Shown: positions 29,153 through 42,088 of the stretch, piece after piece
How positions within the stretch are numbered: the first letter of the stretch is position 1
Layout of the letters: each line of letters begins with the position of its first letter
Assembly (NCBI RefSeq): GCF_009914755.1
Contig: NC_060926.1
Strand: one strand, 5' to 3'
Length of the DNA stretch: 64,000 bases
Origin: the human T2T-CHM13v2.0 reference genome, Homo sapiens
Notes under the pieces: generated by a model
What the model saw: only the letters and a program-made list of their open reading frames with translations
The model's database searches: none
Told to the model about the DNA's origin: nothing
Made by a program: the position numbers and the translations under genes

Positions 29153-31019
29153 AAATATACCTTTTTTTCCTTAGGTTATATGCTTATTTGTATTTCTTCT
29201 ACCTGAGAAATCATATTATAGATTGTAAAGCTAGTGTCCAAAGTGAAGCAGAAAGAAAAAAGGTACCCCAGTATCTTCCTGAGGGGGAGCCTTTCCTATG
29301 ACTGAACTAACAAATTGACCTAAATTTGTTATTATTACTGTAATAGTAAGAGCAACTCTGACAATTAAGCCTTAGCAAGAGAGGGGATTTAAGCCCAAAT
29401 AAAGTCAGTTGTTTTGATAACTGAAGTAGTCTTAACACTAAGTGGACAGGTTACAAAATTGGGAAGCAATTGATTGTACTATGCTGAGAGATCACAAGTT
29501 TGCACACCATCCATAATGCATTCAACTTGAGCAATGTACTGAGTCTGCAGTACTCTGTGTGTGAACATGGTTGACTCTGCACCTTCCTGTAGCAGCCCAC
29601 AGTGCAAATGTCATCTTGATAACTCTCTGCTGGGTGGCTCCTTAGACCCTGTCATCCTGATCTTTTGCCTGTTGTCTGGTCATGGTTTCTTCCTTGTTCT
29701 CCTTTACCCCCTTTGTGTGGAAAAACATTTTAGTCTTTAGCAGCAAATCAAAGCCATTTTCAGGTGACACTGGTGATCTTCTCTCTTACAGGTATATCCT
29801 TCTGTTTCAGGTTTGTTATGATGAATGTAAGGAGCACAGTGAGGAAAGCTATTGCCAGTCTTACTCACAAGCACTATAGGAAAATTAAAAGGAAAAGTCT
29901 TCCTGTAACTATTTGTATGTCTCTCAAACCATGGAAACTAAGAAGAGCTACAATTATTGAAATAAAGTGCTATATTCCAGGCTAGGCCAAATATTCAGCA
30001 GAGAGCCTGAATATTTCATGTATATGCAGTCAGGAAATAATACAGAAAAAAGAAACCCACCACAAAACAGTATAATTGAGGACTATTACTAGGCCACATG
30101 TTTTGAACACAGTATCTCATTTAATCTTAGTGACAAATGTTCTGTGTGATCTTCTACCTTTAGCTCGGCCCATTCCTCTACATTCCTATGTCATTTTGTA
30201 GACTTATCATTTTAATTGTTAAATTATACTGCCCTGGGTTCATAGATATCATTCTCTCCAGTGGGAACCTCTTACTCATCTTTTTATTCCCTGGCATCTA
30301 TTTATCTATCAATTGCCAAAACAAATAGATAACTAGAGTTGATTTGTTCCCTATCACTTCTCTTCGGGCTCTAAATCACATCAAGTTCTCAGATATCTCA
30401 TCCACGTATGTATTGCTATAGAGATATTAGTACTTCAATCCACACTATGAATTCCCATGTGGAAAAAATGGTAAAAAAGGTAATGTTAGGATTACACCTC
30501 AAATTGATGTAATCCCTAGTTAGCATCTCGTAATACTGAAACTCTTTATTATCCTCTTAGTACACCATGGTATTGACAGCACTTTGTTTTACCTTATCAT
30601 TATAACATCATCTGTAAGAATTTCTACTTGTATCATTAAAAGATGATTATGACAGCTTCGCTAAGCCTCATTCATGTGAATGGAAAATTAGTGCCATAAA
30701 GAAAATTCCTAATAATTATTTTCTAGGACGTGTTGGTACTTTTCAAACTTAAACTCATTAAATCGATTTGAATCTCATTTGAGCAAATCCACACAAACTG
30801 AGTGTCTTATTAATGTCAGTCTCATACTACTTTTAGGAAAAGATTTAATCAGAAAATATGTTAATAAAATCCACGTGCATGGTTTTAATCTCCTCACATA
30901 TATGGCAATAGTGTCTATGGATCTCAATATTTGGGAAGTGATTATCACAATAATTTACATATTATAAATTATCAAAGTAAATTGAATTTAATAATTAAAT
31001 TATCAAAGTAATTCAAATA

Positions 31020-31220
31020 ATAAGAGCAGACACTGTGCTAGTTGTTTTACACTTATTATCTTATTTAACATGAGAATTTTTGTCCCCACTTTACAGATAT
31101 CATAATTGTGAAGGTCAGAGAAAAGTGACTTGCTCAGGGTCACGTAATGCATGTGTAGCAAAAAGCTTTTTGGGACATACTTCTGATAGACTCTAAAATC
31201 CTTATTTTTTTAACTTTGCT
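31020..31220 (-). mobile_element. MIR
   Basis: CAGACACTGTGCTAG...TCCCCACTTTACAGAT...AAGTGACTTGCTCAGGGTCAC. Confidence 0.7.
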
Positions 31221-32649
31221 ACAATGTCATATTGATTCATGTTTCCAGCACTGGGTCCTTCCTTTCATTGTTTCTTCAAGAGCAAGAGTATGTGTCTGAT
31301 ATAAAAAGCAAGTACTGAGTTTTCTTAAGTTCTAGTTCAAGGTCTAAAAAATAATGAAGGATTAAACTTTTTTTATTCAACTTATCCATTATGAAACATA
31401 CTTGAACAAATACACACTGCAGTAATTAAAATCAGCATGCAAAATGCTTTATGTAAGTCTAGAGAGACAGAGTCAAACCTCACCACTCTGAAAATTTGTT
31501 TGGGTTCTATTTTCCCAGTGAGTCAGATTTTCCTTTTTAAGCATCAAGAGATAGTAGCCAACATTTTGGATGGAAATCCTCTAAATATTTACCACACTTT
31601 CTCATACCTTGTCTGTATCTAATTTAATATAATGCTTTATTGATGACATCTCATTATAAACATATATTACATTATGTAATGTTACAGAGTGGCCCTCAAT
31701 AATCGTTGAGATATGAGAGATTATTGAATCCTACACTGAATTTTCCCCTTATTATATGAAGTTTCACCTTCTAGTCTTACCCTTATCTGCCACTTTTTTC
31801 TACGCTTTGTGCTTCTTTCCATGGTACTCTCTCTCCTTTTCCTGTTTGGCTACAAGTTGAGAAAACTACTTTCTTAAAATTGTGTCTAAAATAAACACTC
31901 ACAGTCCTTAATGAGGATCTAAAGAGTTCTTCTGTAGGCAAAATACAAGTGTTTTCCATGAATGTGTAAGTCATAAGTGGTGAAAATTTAAATTGTTTTA
32001 CCATGAATTAAGACAGGCCAAGTAGTTTGTTTACCTGGGAAATATTCATGGAATATTTTGGAAACAACCATGTTGGAAAGGGCATTTGAGTAATATTAAA
32101 GAGGAAGGGTTGTCATCTTTCAGGCAGATATCAACCAACAAAGTCTTCATTTTTCTCCCTCCTATATCAACAAAAATCTATAATACACTTGTAAATGAGG
32201 CAGCAAGATACTTACCTCATGTGATTTTGTTTAATAACATTTGATAAATGAAATATCTGGGATTATAAAAGGAAAATTGAAATGTGTATAGACAAACTAT
32301 AAAACCTATTCAAAGGGGCATAAAGTCTGGGAACGTCCTACAGGAGTGTGATTAACCTGATACCTATGTAGAAGGGACCAGGTCTGTTGGTACCAGTGTG
32401 GCACATGGAAATACATCATTCAATTTGGTCAACAGATTTGGCACATTCAAAGATTAAAATGAAGCTGAACAGGATGAGACCTCAGGATCAGGTGTGGCCT
32501 TGGTGAGGAAGAATTAATTGCTAATACTATATATAATCATAATTTTTTCATATATGAAAACTTAGTAAACTGTATATACTTTTACATATGGTTTCAAGTT
32601 ATCTCTAAGCATCCATTTGGTTGTCCATATAGGATCCTCAGTGTATGAG

Positions 32650-33035
32650 TTGGTGTATCCCTAACTAATACAACAGATGAGCCAGAAATGTAGAATTGCT
32701 TAACTGAAACAAACATTCAGACCTGGAACTCTACATTCCTGTAAGCACTGGGGGTTCTTGGTTAGGCAGCTCTCCCCTATGCAGTGATTCAGGGACCCTG
32801 GTACCTTGCATTCTGTGGCTATGCTTCCTCCTGAGGCCTCATCCTTTCTGTCCAAAGAGAGAACATAGACAAGACACACAGCTACTTACCAGTCTTGTCC
32901 CATAAATAGCACACATCTCATCCCCTTACATTCCAATGATTAGAACATAAACATGTGGTTACTCCAAATGCAAGGCAGGCTGGGAAATGGAGTCCAATTG
33001 TGTACAAGTTAGAAAAGAGGAATTTGGCACTCTTG
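32650..33035 (-). mobile_element. MLT1I/J-like MaLR LTR
   Basis: GCAGTGATTCAGGGACCC...ACATTCCAATGATTAGAAC...TGCAAGGCAGGCTGGGAAATG. Confidence 0.7.
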
Positions 33036-33879
33036 GGTGTGTTACATATTAAATTACTACAGGACCTGTCTCTCAGAGGGAACTACCAAACCAACAAGTT
33101 TGGTAGCAACTGCACCATTGTATGGATGGAATAACTATATTAATGAATACCTTAATGTGTATGCAATGTCTGACTACACTTTTTTTTCTATAAGTCAAAC
33201 CCTCAGCATGAACTCTAAGACAATGCCCTTAGTTTTTTTACCATCATCTTTGCCCTTTCCTGGTGACTGTATTTTGGCTAAATACTAAATAAGTGAACAT
33301 GACAAGAGGCAAATATGAATGAGATGTTCCTGAAGTGTTATATCTAATACCCAAACACCAAGAATATATATTTGAGTTGAAACTTAATATTTGCATTCCT
33401 TTTCACTATTTACTTGTTAAATCTTAGATTATTAAAGGAGAGCTGTTCAATGTCTCTACACTAATAATGTTTTGAAGATAATAAACAAAGCCCATTTGTT
33501 TATTACACTTCAGGAACATCTCATCAGTATTTGCCTCTTGTCATATTCACCCATTTAGAATTTAGCCAAAAAATATTCAGCTTTGTCAATTTATCATTTT
33601 CTTAAAGGTGACAAAAGCACTAATAAAGAAGGCAACAGTCAATATGTGATAAACTTTAGCTATGTGTATAAAAATTGTCTCCACAAGTCACTATGATTAC
33701 TTGATAGATGGTCAAGATACACATATTGCCACCATTGTCTCTTTAAAATATCTTCATAGAGTTTATGATGTAGGATATTTTTAAGCGCGAAACTTTCATT
33801 ATGAAATTTGCTTAATGCTAATATAGCACCATTTCTGGGTTGCAAAGAGTTTAATATTTCAGTGAATGTGTGGATTAAA

Positions 33880-34105
33880 TATGTATACAAAATTTGTATA
33901 TAACACATCTTTCCATATGTGTATATATGTGTATAATACATCTGTCCATATGTATGTATAATACATACATGGACGGATGTATCTATATACATCCGTCTAG
34001 ATATATATGTATATACATATATATGGAGACAACATATATATGGGGACAACATATATATGGAGACACATATATATGGAGACAGATGATAGAGACATAGAGA
34101 TAGAA
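33880..34105. repeat. TA-rich low-complexity/minisatellite with fold-back units
   Basis: (TA)/(TATG) runs and repeated ATATATGGAGAC units. Confidence 0.85.
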
Positions 34106-34229
34106 TCAATGCTCTTTAAGGATTTTAAACAATGAATATGATCCCACTAGGTTAATCTAATCAAGCAACAACCAAGGTAATTTTATAAAAAAAGTTAAGA
34201 ACTTCTCTGTTTCTAAAATAGGACAGTGT

Positions 34230-34380
34230 TTTGTTTTAGACTTTGATATTTGCTATAAGCATGTCCTTGAATGAGTTTTTAATTTCGTTAACCTCAATTT
34301 GTTCACCTGCCAAATAGACGTAACCTCTTTTACATAGGCATGTTGAAATGATCACGTAAGATATGAATATCAGATGTCTA
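34230..34380 (+). mobile_element. MIR fragment
   Basis: CCTCAATTTGTTCACCTGCCAAATAG... Confidence 0.5.
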
Positions 34381-35215
34381 TAGATTGCATTCTTGGTGTT
34401 CCATATCCATCAATTTCTTCCTCTTTCCTTCTGTGTGATTCTACATTTAAAATATCACCCCCTCCACAATCAGTACCACCATTCTTGTCCCTATAAGACT
34501 GTTAAAGAGGACTTTTAATTCAACTGACAGATTTTACTTTCTCCCCAAGTTAATTTTTTGTTTAAACTTTCACATAAAAAACTATAGCAAGGTATAAATA
34601 ATACTTCTTGCTCTGACTAAAAATAATTCTGACACTTTATATCCTTTTTGAAAATTTCAGTCCAATGTGGTGTGAAATTCTGGGCTGAAAAATCTGCATT
34701 TCTGGTGAAAATACTTATTTAACTTAGTGGCACAGATATATGGAAGGTGCAGAAGTAATTCTATTTTATGAATTTTATGACAAAAGTTGTCTAAAAGCAG
34801 AAGGAGATCAAGCATTCTCCAGTTTGTAGATGACTCTAAATTCTCCCAGGTAGTGAACTATCCACCCCCGCCCATTAGAAAGCTAAACTAATATATTTTA
34901 TATGCATATCTATTCCCTTCATGTGAATTCAGGAGGAATAGTCCTGCCTCACAAAATGATCCCTTTATCAAAGAGAAAAGACTCAATTGAATAAATCATG
35001 AGCTTGACCAGAAGTAAACTCTTGTAATCTAACCCTGATTGGTGAGGATAAACAAAAGGGCTTATATCTTTGAAGATAAATATAATAATTCTGCTCCTCT
35101 GTAAATAAGTATAAAATTACAAGGTATATATGCACATTCACAGGCTACTAGAATCACTTTCTAATCCCTGGCTTGTCCATTTAACTTTTTAAAGCAGATT
35201 GGGCTGAAAGTATGA

Positions 35216-35597
35216 ATTAAAGACTTAAATGTAAGACCTAAACCCATAAAAACCCTAGAAGAAAACCTAGGCAATACCATTCAGGATGTAGGCATGGGCA
35301 AAGACTTCATGACTAAAACACCAAAAACAATGGCAACAAAAGCCAAAATTGACAAATGGGATCTAATTAAACTAAAGAGCTTCAGTAGGGCAAAGGAAAT
35401 TATCATCCAAGTGAACAGGCAACCTAGAGAATGGGAGAAAAATTTTGCTATGTATCCATCTGACAAAGGATTAATATCCAGAATCTACAAGGAACTTAAA
35501 TTTACAAGAAAAAACCAACCCCATCAAAAAGTGGGCGAAGGATATGAATGGACACTTCTCAAAATAAGACATTTATGTGGCCAAAAAATATATGAAA
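35216..35597 (+). mobile_element. L1PA7-like host element, 5' part (ORF2 remnant)
   Basis: ATTAAAGACTTAAATGTAAGACC...; ORF 35294-35623 [11 protein letters not shown] is ORF2p; left TSD AAAGTATGA at 35207-35215. Confidence 0.93.
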
Positions 35598-36807
35598 CTG
35601 GCCAGCCATATGTAGAAAGCTGAAACTGGATCCCTTCCTTACACCTTATATAAAAATTAATTCAAGATGGATTAAAGACTTAAATGTTAGACCTAAAACC
35701 ATAAAAACTCTAGAAGAAAAGCTAGGCAATACATTCAGGACATAGGCATGGGCAAGGACTTCATGTCTAAAACACTAAAAGCAATGGCAACAAAAGCCAA
35801 AATTGACAAATGAGATCTAATTAAAGAGCTTCTGCACAGCAAAAGAAACTACCATCAGAGTGAACAGGAAACCTACAGAATGGGAGAAAATGTTTGCAAT
35901 CTACTCATCTGACAAAGGGCTAATATCCAGAATCTACAAAGAACTCAAACAAATTTACAAGAAAAAACCCCATCAAAAAGTGGGCAAAGGATATGAACAG
36001 ACACTTCTCAAAAGAAGACATTTATGCAGCCAACAGACACATGAAAAAATGCTCATCATCACTGGCCATCAGAGAAATGCAAATCAACACCATAATGAGA
36101 TACCAACTCACACCAGTTAGAATGGTGATCATTAAAAAGTCAGGAAACAACAGGTGCTGGAGAGGATGTGGAGAACTAGAAACACTTTTACACTGTTGGT
36201 GGGACTGTAAACTAGTTCAACCATTGTGCAAGACAGTGTGGCGATTCCTCAAGGATCTACAACTAGAAATAGCATTTGACCCAGCCATCTCATTACTGGA
36301 TATATACTTAAAGGATTATAAATCATGCTGCTATAAAGACACATGCACACGTATGTTTATTGTGGCATTATTCACAATAGAAAAGACTTGGAACCAACCC
36401 AAATGTCCATCAATGATAGACTGGATTAAGAAAATGTGGCACATATACACCATGGAATACTATGCAGCCATAAAAAAGGATGAGTTCATGTCCTCTGTAG
36501 GGACATGGATGAAGCTGGAAACCATCATTCTCAGCAAACTATTGCAAGGACAAAAAACCAAACACCGCATATTCTCACACATAGGTGGGAATTGAACAAT
36601 GAGAACACAGGGACACAGGAAGGGGAACATCACACACCAGGGCCTGTTGTGGGGTGGGGGAAGAGGGGAGGGATAGCATTAGGAGATATACCTAATGTAA
36701 ATGATGAGTTAATGGGTGCAGCACACCAACATGCCACATGTATACATATGGAACAAACCTGCATGTTGTGCACATGTACCCTACAACTTAAAGTATATAA
36801 TAAAAAA
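35598..36807 (+). mobile_element. Younger L1 (L1PA4-6-like), 5'-truncated, nested in the L1PA7-like host
   Basis: Restarts at CTGGCCAGCCATATGTAGAAAGCTG and repeats ORF2 sequence already seen; 3'UTR GGAGATATACCTAATGTAAATGATGAGTTAATGGGTGCAGCACACCAAC. Confidence 0.93.
35993..36595 (+). pseudogene. L1 ORF2p C-terminal (Cys-rich) remnant, 200 aa, non-functional fragment
   Basis: CWRGCGE...HCWWDC zinc-knuckle-like motif; ends IGGN* at the native ORF2 stop. Confidence 0.9.
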
Positions 36808-36920
36808 GTGAACTTAGAGTTTTGCATTCATCTTTAGCCATTTGATTGTAAATATATTTATTCACAAGTGATTAAAATGAATATCACTTATTTAAAAATA
36901 AAAATACATTAAATATATTT

Positions 36921-37670
36921 AAAAAGCTCATCACTGGTCATTAGAGAAATGCAAATGAAAACCACAATGAGACACCATCTCATGCCAGTTAGAATGGTGA
37001 TCATTAAAAAGTCAGGAAATGACAGATGCTGGAGAGGGTATGGAGAAATAGGAATGCTTTTATACTGTTGGTGGGAGTGTAAATTAGTTCAACCATTGTG
37101 GGAGACAGTGTGGCAATTCCTCAAGGATTTAGAACCAGAAATACCATTGGACCTAGCAATCCCATTACTAGGTATATACCCAAAGGATTATAAATCATTC
37201 TACTATAAAGACACATGCACACATATGTCTATTGTGGCACTGCTCACGATAGCAAAGACTTGGAACCCAACCCAAATGCCATCAATGATAGACTGCATAA
37301 AGAAAATGTGGCATATATACACCATTGGAATACTATGCAGCCTTAGGAAAGGATGAGATCATGTCCTTTTCAGGGACATGGATGAAGCTGGAAACCATCA
37401 TTCTCAGCAAACTAACACAGGAAGAGAAAACAAAACACTGCGTGTTCTAATAAGTGGGAGTTGAACAATGAGAACACATGGACACGGGGAGGGGAACATC
37501 ACACACTGGGGCCTGTCAGGGGGTCGGGGGCTGGGGGAGGGATAGCATTAGGAGAAATACCTAATGTAGATGACGAGTTGATGGGTGCAGCAAACCACCA
37601 TGGCACGTGTGTAGCTATGTAACAAACCTGCACGTTCTGCACATGTATCCCAGAACCTATAATAATAAAA
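36921..37670 (+). mobile_element. L1PA7-like host element, 3' part
   Basis: Resumes at AAAAAGCTCATCACTGGTCATTAGAG where the 5' part stopped; 3'UTR GGAGAAATACCTAATGTAGATG; right TSD AAAGTATGA at 37671-37679. Confidence 0.93.
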
Positions 37671-38539
37671 AAAGTATGACCGGTCTTAAAGCAATACTCA
37701 TCTAGTTTTATGGGTGCTTCATCAGACTTGTAATATAAGTTTTGTTTGAACCAAATAAAATTACTAATTTTGTAGTTTAAAATGGTCAAATATTGGCTCT
37801 CTAAACCTTTACAAAACATAGCACTTCCAAAATAAAAATTAAATATAATAGTGGTAAAATTATAAAACCCAAATAATATAGATATATCAAACTTGAGATA
37901 CAATCAATCTTCTTATTGCAGCGTTTAACTGTCAATGAACTCTTTGGAAAAAATAAATCTCTAAAGTGAAGCAAGTAGCATGTCGGTGCTTTAGGAAAAC
38001 TGGTTCTTCTATACAAATGGAATTTTAGCAACTGTTGTAAACAAATTAAGGGTAATTTAAAATATATAAATAAAATTTAGTGCCAAGAGCATGCCAATCA
38101 AATAAAACTAGTTAATACTATATTCTTTAAGATATTCGCCAAATAAGTGCACTGTGTATCTTACAAACAAATCACTTTACTATAAAAATAGTTTGTGAGA
38201 GGTACTTACGTTGAATTTTTAACAAAGGTTGTTTTTTAATTTTGGAAAAAATATTTTTCAAACACCTGTTTTCCCACTACTTTATTAAAATCTTTTGGAA
38301 CAATCTCAGTAATATTACTGGGCAAATTGTGAATTTCTTATATAAGGATATGGCACATCTCTTCAAATGAAAATACTGCGTGACAGAAAAATGCCTTAAT
38401 ATATTTACCAAAAATGTGAGAAAGACATAGAAAGTCGTTCTGAGACTTATGGACAGAGATCAAAGAAAACAGTGGTTACTACAGTGTTCGGATTTGTAGA
38501 GATAGGGGGAGACGACTGCCTGCTTAGAGGAGAGTAAAC

Positions 38540-38775
38540 ACTGTAGTGTGTTCAAATCATAAGACTTGGAATTGGCTAAATCTGTGTTTGAACATTGGCT
38601 CTGTCATTTACTAGCTAATGACAGGCACATGTAACCCACACATATCGATTATATCTTCTGATAAATAGGGCTAATAATCATATATAATAATAGACCTCAG
38701 GTGCTTATGGAGATCAAAATAGATGATATATGCAAATTGCCTTGCACAGTGCCTGGCAAACAAACAAAAATATTA
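38540..38775 (+). mobile_element. MIR
   Basis: GGCTCTGTCATTTACTAGCT...GCACAGTGCCTGGCA. Confidence 0.75.
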
Positions 38776-39020
38776 ATCCTTCTTAGAATTACTTAGGAGA
38801 GGATCTATAAAACAAGTATAACTAGTCTGAAGACCATTAGGGTTGTCCTTGGATAAGACAGACCTAAGTCCTCTGAATCCAGACCTCCATTTAATTCACC
38901 CACCTCTTCAGTAGCGGAAGGATTTTGTTTTCCTCAGTGGGAGCAGCCCTTGGATAGTCTTTTTCCTCTCACTTTTTCCATCCCTTTCCCCCAAATCCCA
39001 CCAACTTTCTGACCCCTTAG

Positions 39021-39605
39021 AATTAGTTTTCTATTGCTACATCACAAATCACAAACTTGACAGCTTAAAACAACACACATTTATAATTTTACAGTGTCCA
39101 TGGGTCAGGATTCTGGACACAGCCTTGCTGGGTTCTCTGCTCAGGGTCTCACGAAGTTGCTATGAAGTCGTCAGTGGGGCTGTGATCTCCTCTGAGGCTC
39201 AGGGTCCTCGTCCAAACTCACTGGTGTTGGGAGAATTAAGTTACCTGTGGTTGTAGACTGAGGTCCCAAGTCCCATACACTTTATGACATAGCTGATTGT
39301 TTTCTTCAAGGCCAGCAGGAGAATATTGCTTCTATTTTGAGCCCTTTTTCTGGGGAAGGGCTTGATCATCTTTTAAAGAGTGCTCTTGATGAGCTCAGCC
39401 CTCCCAGAAGAAGCAGCCTTCTGATTAACTCAAAGTCAATGGCTTTGGGACCATGGTTACATCTTCAAAATCCCCTCACCAAACCACAGGAGTGATATCC
39501 CTCATATTCACAGGTCCTGTCTGTAGTGAAAAGAGAGGATTATATTGGGCATTTATGCCAAGGGGTTATAATTTTGGATACCATATTAGAATTTTGCTTT
39601 CCACA
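39021..39605 (-). mobile_element. MLT1E/F-like MaLR LTR
   Basis: ATTAGTTTTCTATTGCT...AGCTTAAAACAACACACATTTAT...GGGTCAGGA...TTAGAATTTTGCTTTCCACA. Confidence 0.85.
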
Positions 39606-40504
39606 CCTCCAAACTATTTCAACTAAATAAAGGGCATTTCATTTGGCAATATGGATAAGTTTTAAATGCTAAGGCTCAATAAAGGTAGTAACATGATATC
39701 AACATGCAACTGAGGTATCATCAGTTAATACATTCTGATCATTCTGATCAAAACCTTCTGTCCCATATTACAAATTGAATAATGAGGGAAAGAGGTTGAT
39801 CTGGAGGTAACTGGTTAATATTTTCAGTGTGAAAAGAGAGAGAAAAGAGAAACTTTGCCCCTCATTCAAACGAAAAAAAATTTCAAATACCTACTGTTTG
39901 GAGTCTTATCCAGTTTACCTTCCAATGACTTAGGACTGAGAGAGCTGAACATTAGGGGGTCTCAATCAAGCAGCTGGTAAAATAAATTACATAATTTGAA
40001 ATATTTTCTTTTTTCTACGATATAATTCTTATGACTCCATCTCCAAAAGAAAAAAAGTTCCATTTAAATGAGGCATCACTGCATTTATTCATGGATTCTT
40101 ATATTTGTTGAAAAGCCTTAGTTTTAGTCTTTCATGAACAAGAAACTAGATACAGCACACAGTTTTATACCTTTCTTGATGAAAAGAATATAATTCACAA
40201 CCTCTTTCCTCAAACATTTAAGCAAAATTTAAGAAGAGATAATATGCAAACTTTTAACTGTGAGCAATTTTTTGAAAAATCCTTCAGATGGTAAGCTATG
40301 CTGTTAGGTCTTTGGTATAGCTGTGAGGTAGAGGAGAATGGAGAGAGAAACAGAATGGGAATGAAATTAATCATTACTTAATTGATTCAATAAAAATAGA
40401 ATACCATAAATAGACTTAAATCATATCTAAGTAAATTTCTGTCTTAGAGTTTCATCTCATACTCTATTAAACATTTTCAACTTTTCTTATGCATTAAGAG
40501 AACC

Positions 40505-40671
40505 ATAAGGGGAAATAAGCAAGCACTTTGTAGCCAGAAAGAACCACCATGGGATTCTTGAGGTCGCACTAGCTCACTGGATAATATTAGGCAAGTGACT
40601 GACCCTGTCCAAGATTCTATTCTTTAAAATCAAGGGTAATTGTACCCAGTTTGCAGGATTGAGTTGATAAG

Positions 40672-40705
<34 letters not shown>

Positions 40706-40760
40706 CACAATACACTACACAGTGCCTAGCACATGAAAGAGCTATGGTAACTATTGTAAT
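40505..40760 (+). mobile_element. MIR containing a (CA)n microsatellite
   Basis: TAGGCAAGTGACTGACC...ACAGTGCCTAGCACAT. Confidence 0.6.
40674..40703. repeat. (CA)~14 microsatellite
   Basis: Seen directly. Confidence 0.95.
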
Positions 40761-41864
40761 TATGAGTCTTTATATTGCCAATGGCATGTATAGATTGTTT
40801 TAAGCAAGAATATGATAGAACAAGCATCCCTGGTAACCTGTCATGAAATGCTGGGGAATGTGATAACTGTAAAATCATTGAGTAAGTCAACGGAGAAGTG
40901 CACGTTAGTTATTTGGTTTAAAGACCATTATAATGTTATTATTACATGACACAAGTAAGACTACCTGGGAAAACAGAAGCTGATTCTACTTAAATACTTT
41001 ATTTACACTTTCCCATAGCCTAAGAAAAGATAGTAAATCAGGAAAAAAGGGCAAACAGATATATTAAACATAAGGGCTAGTATTTGTGCTGCTAATGAAA
41101 TTTGTATTTGGTATTGACCTTCCTGGCAGCCAAAAAAAAAAAAAAAAAAAAAAGGAAGAAAATAATATATTTTAAGAAAAGAAAAGTTTTTATGGAGTTT
41201 ATTCTGATAATATTATCTCATATTGTTCTTTGTGTGTTAGTGCATTGCTAAAGGTATTTTCATTTTTGTAGTCTATCAAGGACTGTTAATAGAAAAATTA
41301 GAGCGTAATAAAAGATGACACACTGAAGGAGATTTGTTCAGCTAATGAGGCCTATTCTTGTGGAATCAACCTTTTCCCTTCATGCTATACCTCTATTTTT
41401 AAAATTTAGCAACAAAGAGCCTAGTCAAAGCAATTTGGAACTTTGGCCAATACATCAGAAAATACACACATAATAAAAATCAACATTATACAGATACCAT
41501 TTGCAGCTGTTGGCTCTGCTGAGAGCAGAGGTTCCCATGTACAAAAGATTTGCCTAAAATCTCAGAGTCAAGAAAATTCAGTTCAAATCCATCTACACCA
41601 AAGTGAGTGTAGGCTGATCACTACACTTACTTGGATAGTTATTTAACAACCTTTAAATGAAGAAATGGTACTATACTGATGTCAATGCCCACAACAGGGC
41701 CTAGTACATCGGATACACTCCACAAATATGTTTTAAGAATGAATACTATTCCTCTGTGATGGTGGAACCAGTTTGGTGGCTAAGGAGGGTTAGTTGATAC
41801 AAATACTTGATATTTATCAATTAGAAAAGGGGAGGTGGTAACAATAAAATCCCTAGGTATGTAT

Positions 41865-42050
41865 CAGGGTTTCTCAACCTAGGCACGCTTAATATTTTGT
41901 ATCAGATAACTCTTTGTTGTGGGGGCTGTCCTGTGCATTGTAGAATATTCAGCAGCATCACTGGCTTCTGCCAACTAGATGTTAGTGGAATCTCAAGTTG
42001 TGACAACCAAAAATATCTCCAAACATTTAGACCCCATTTGAGAAACACAG
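41865..42050. mobile_element. MER20 hAT-Charlie MITE (internally shortened)
   Basis: CAGGGTTTCTCAACCT...TTGTTGTGGGGGCTGTCCTGTGCATTGTAG...GTTGTGACAACCAAAAATATCTCC...TTGAGAAACAC. Confidence 0.9.
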
Positions 42051-42063
42051 ACATATATGAACT

Positions 42064-42088
42064 TGTGTGTGTGTGTGTGTGTGTGTGT
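42064..42088. repeat. (TG)~12 microsatellite
   Basis: Seen directly. Confidence 0.95.

Noticed and set aside
29755-29815. Three closely spaced pyrimidine-CAG/GT acceptor-like motifs
   Set aside because: No convincing downstream donor or coding frame; cannot be supported from sequence alone
33660-34109. 149-aa minus-strand ORF
   Set aside because: Tyr/Ile-rich translation of TA-rich low-complexity sequence
35812-35830. Same 5-nt loss (CTAATTAAAGAGC) in the inner L1 and the 59.9-kb L1
   Set aside because: TAAAC/TAAA slippage deletion is likely recurrent; a single shared event is not evidence of relatedness
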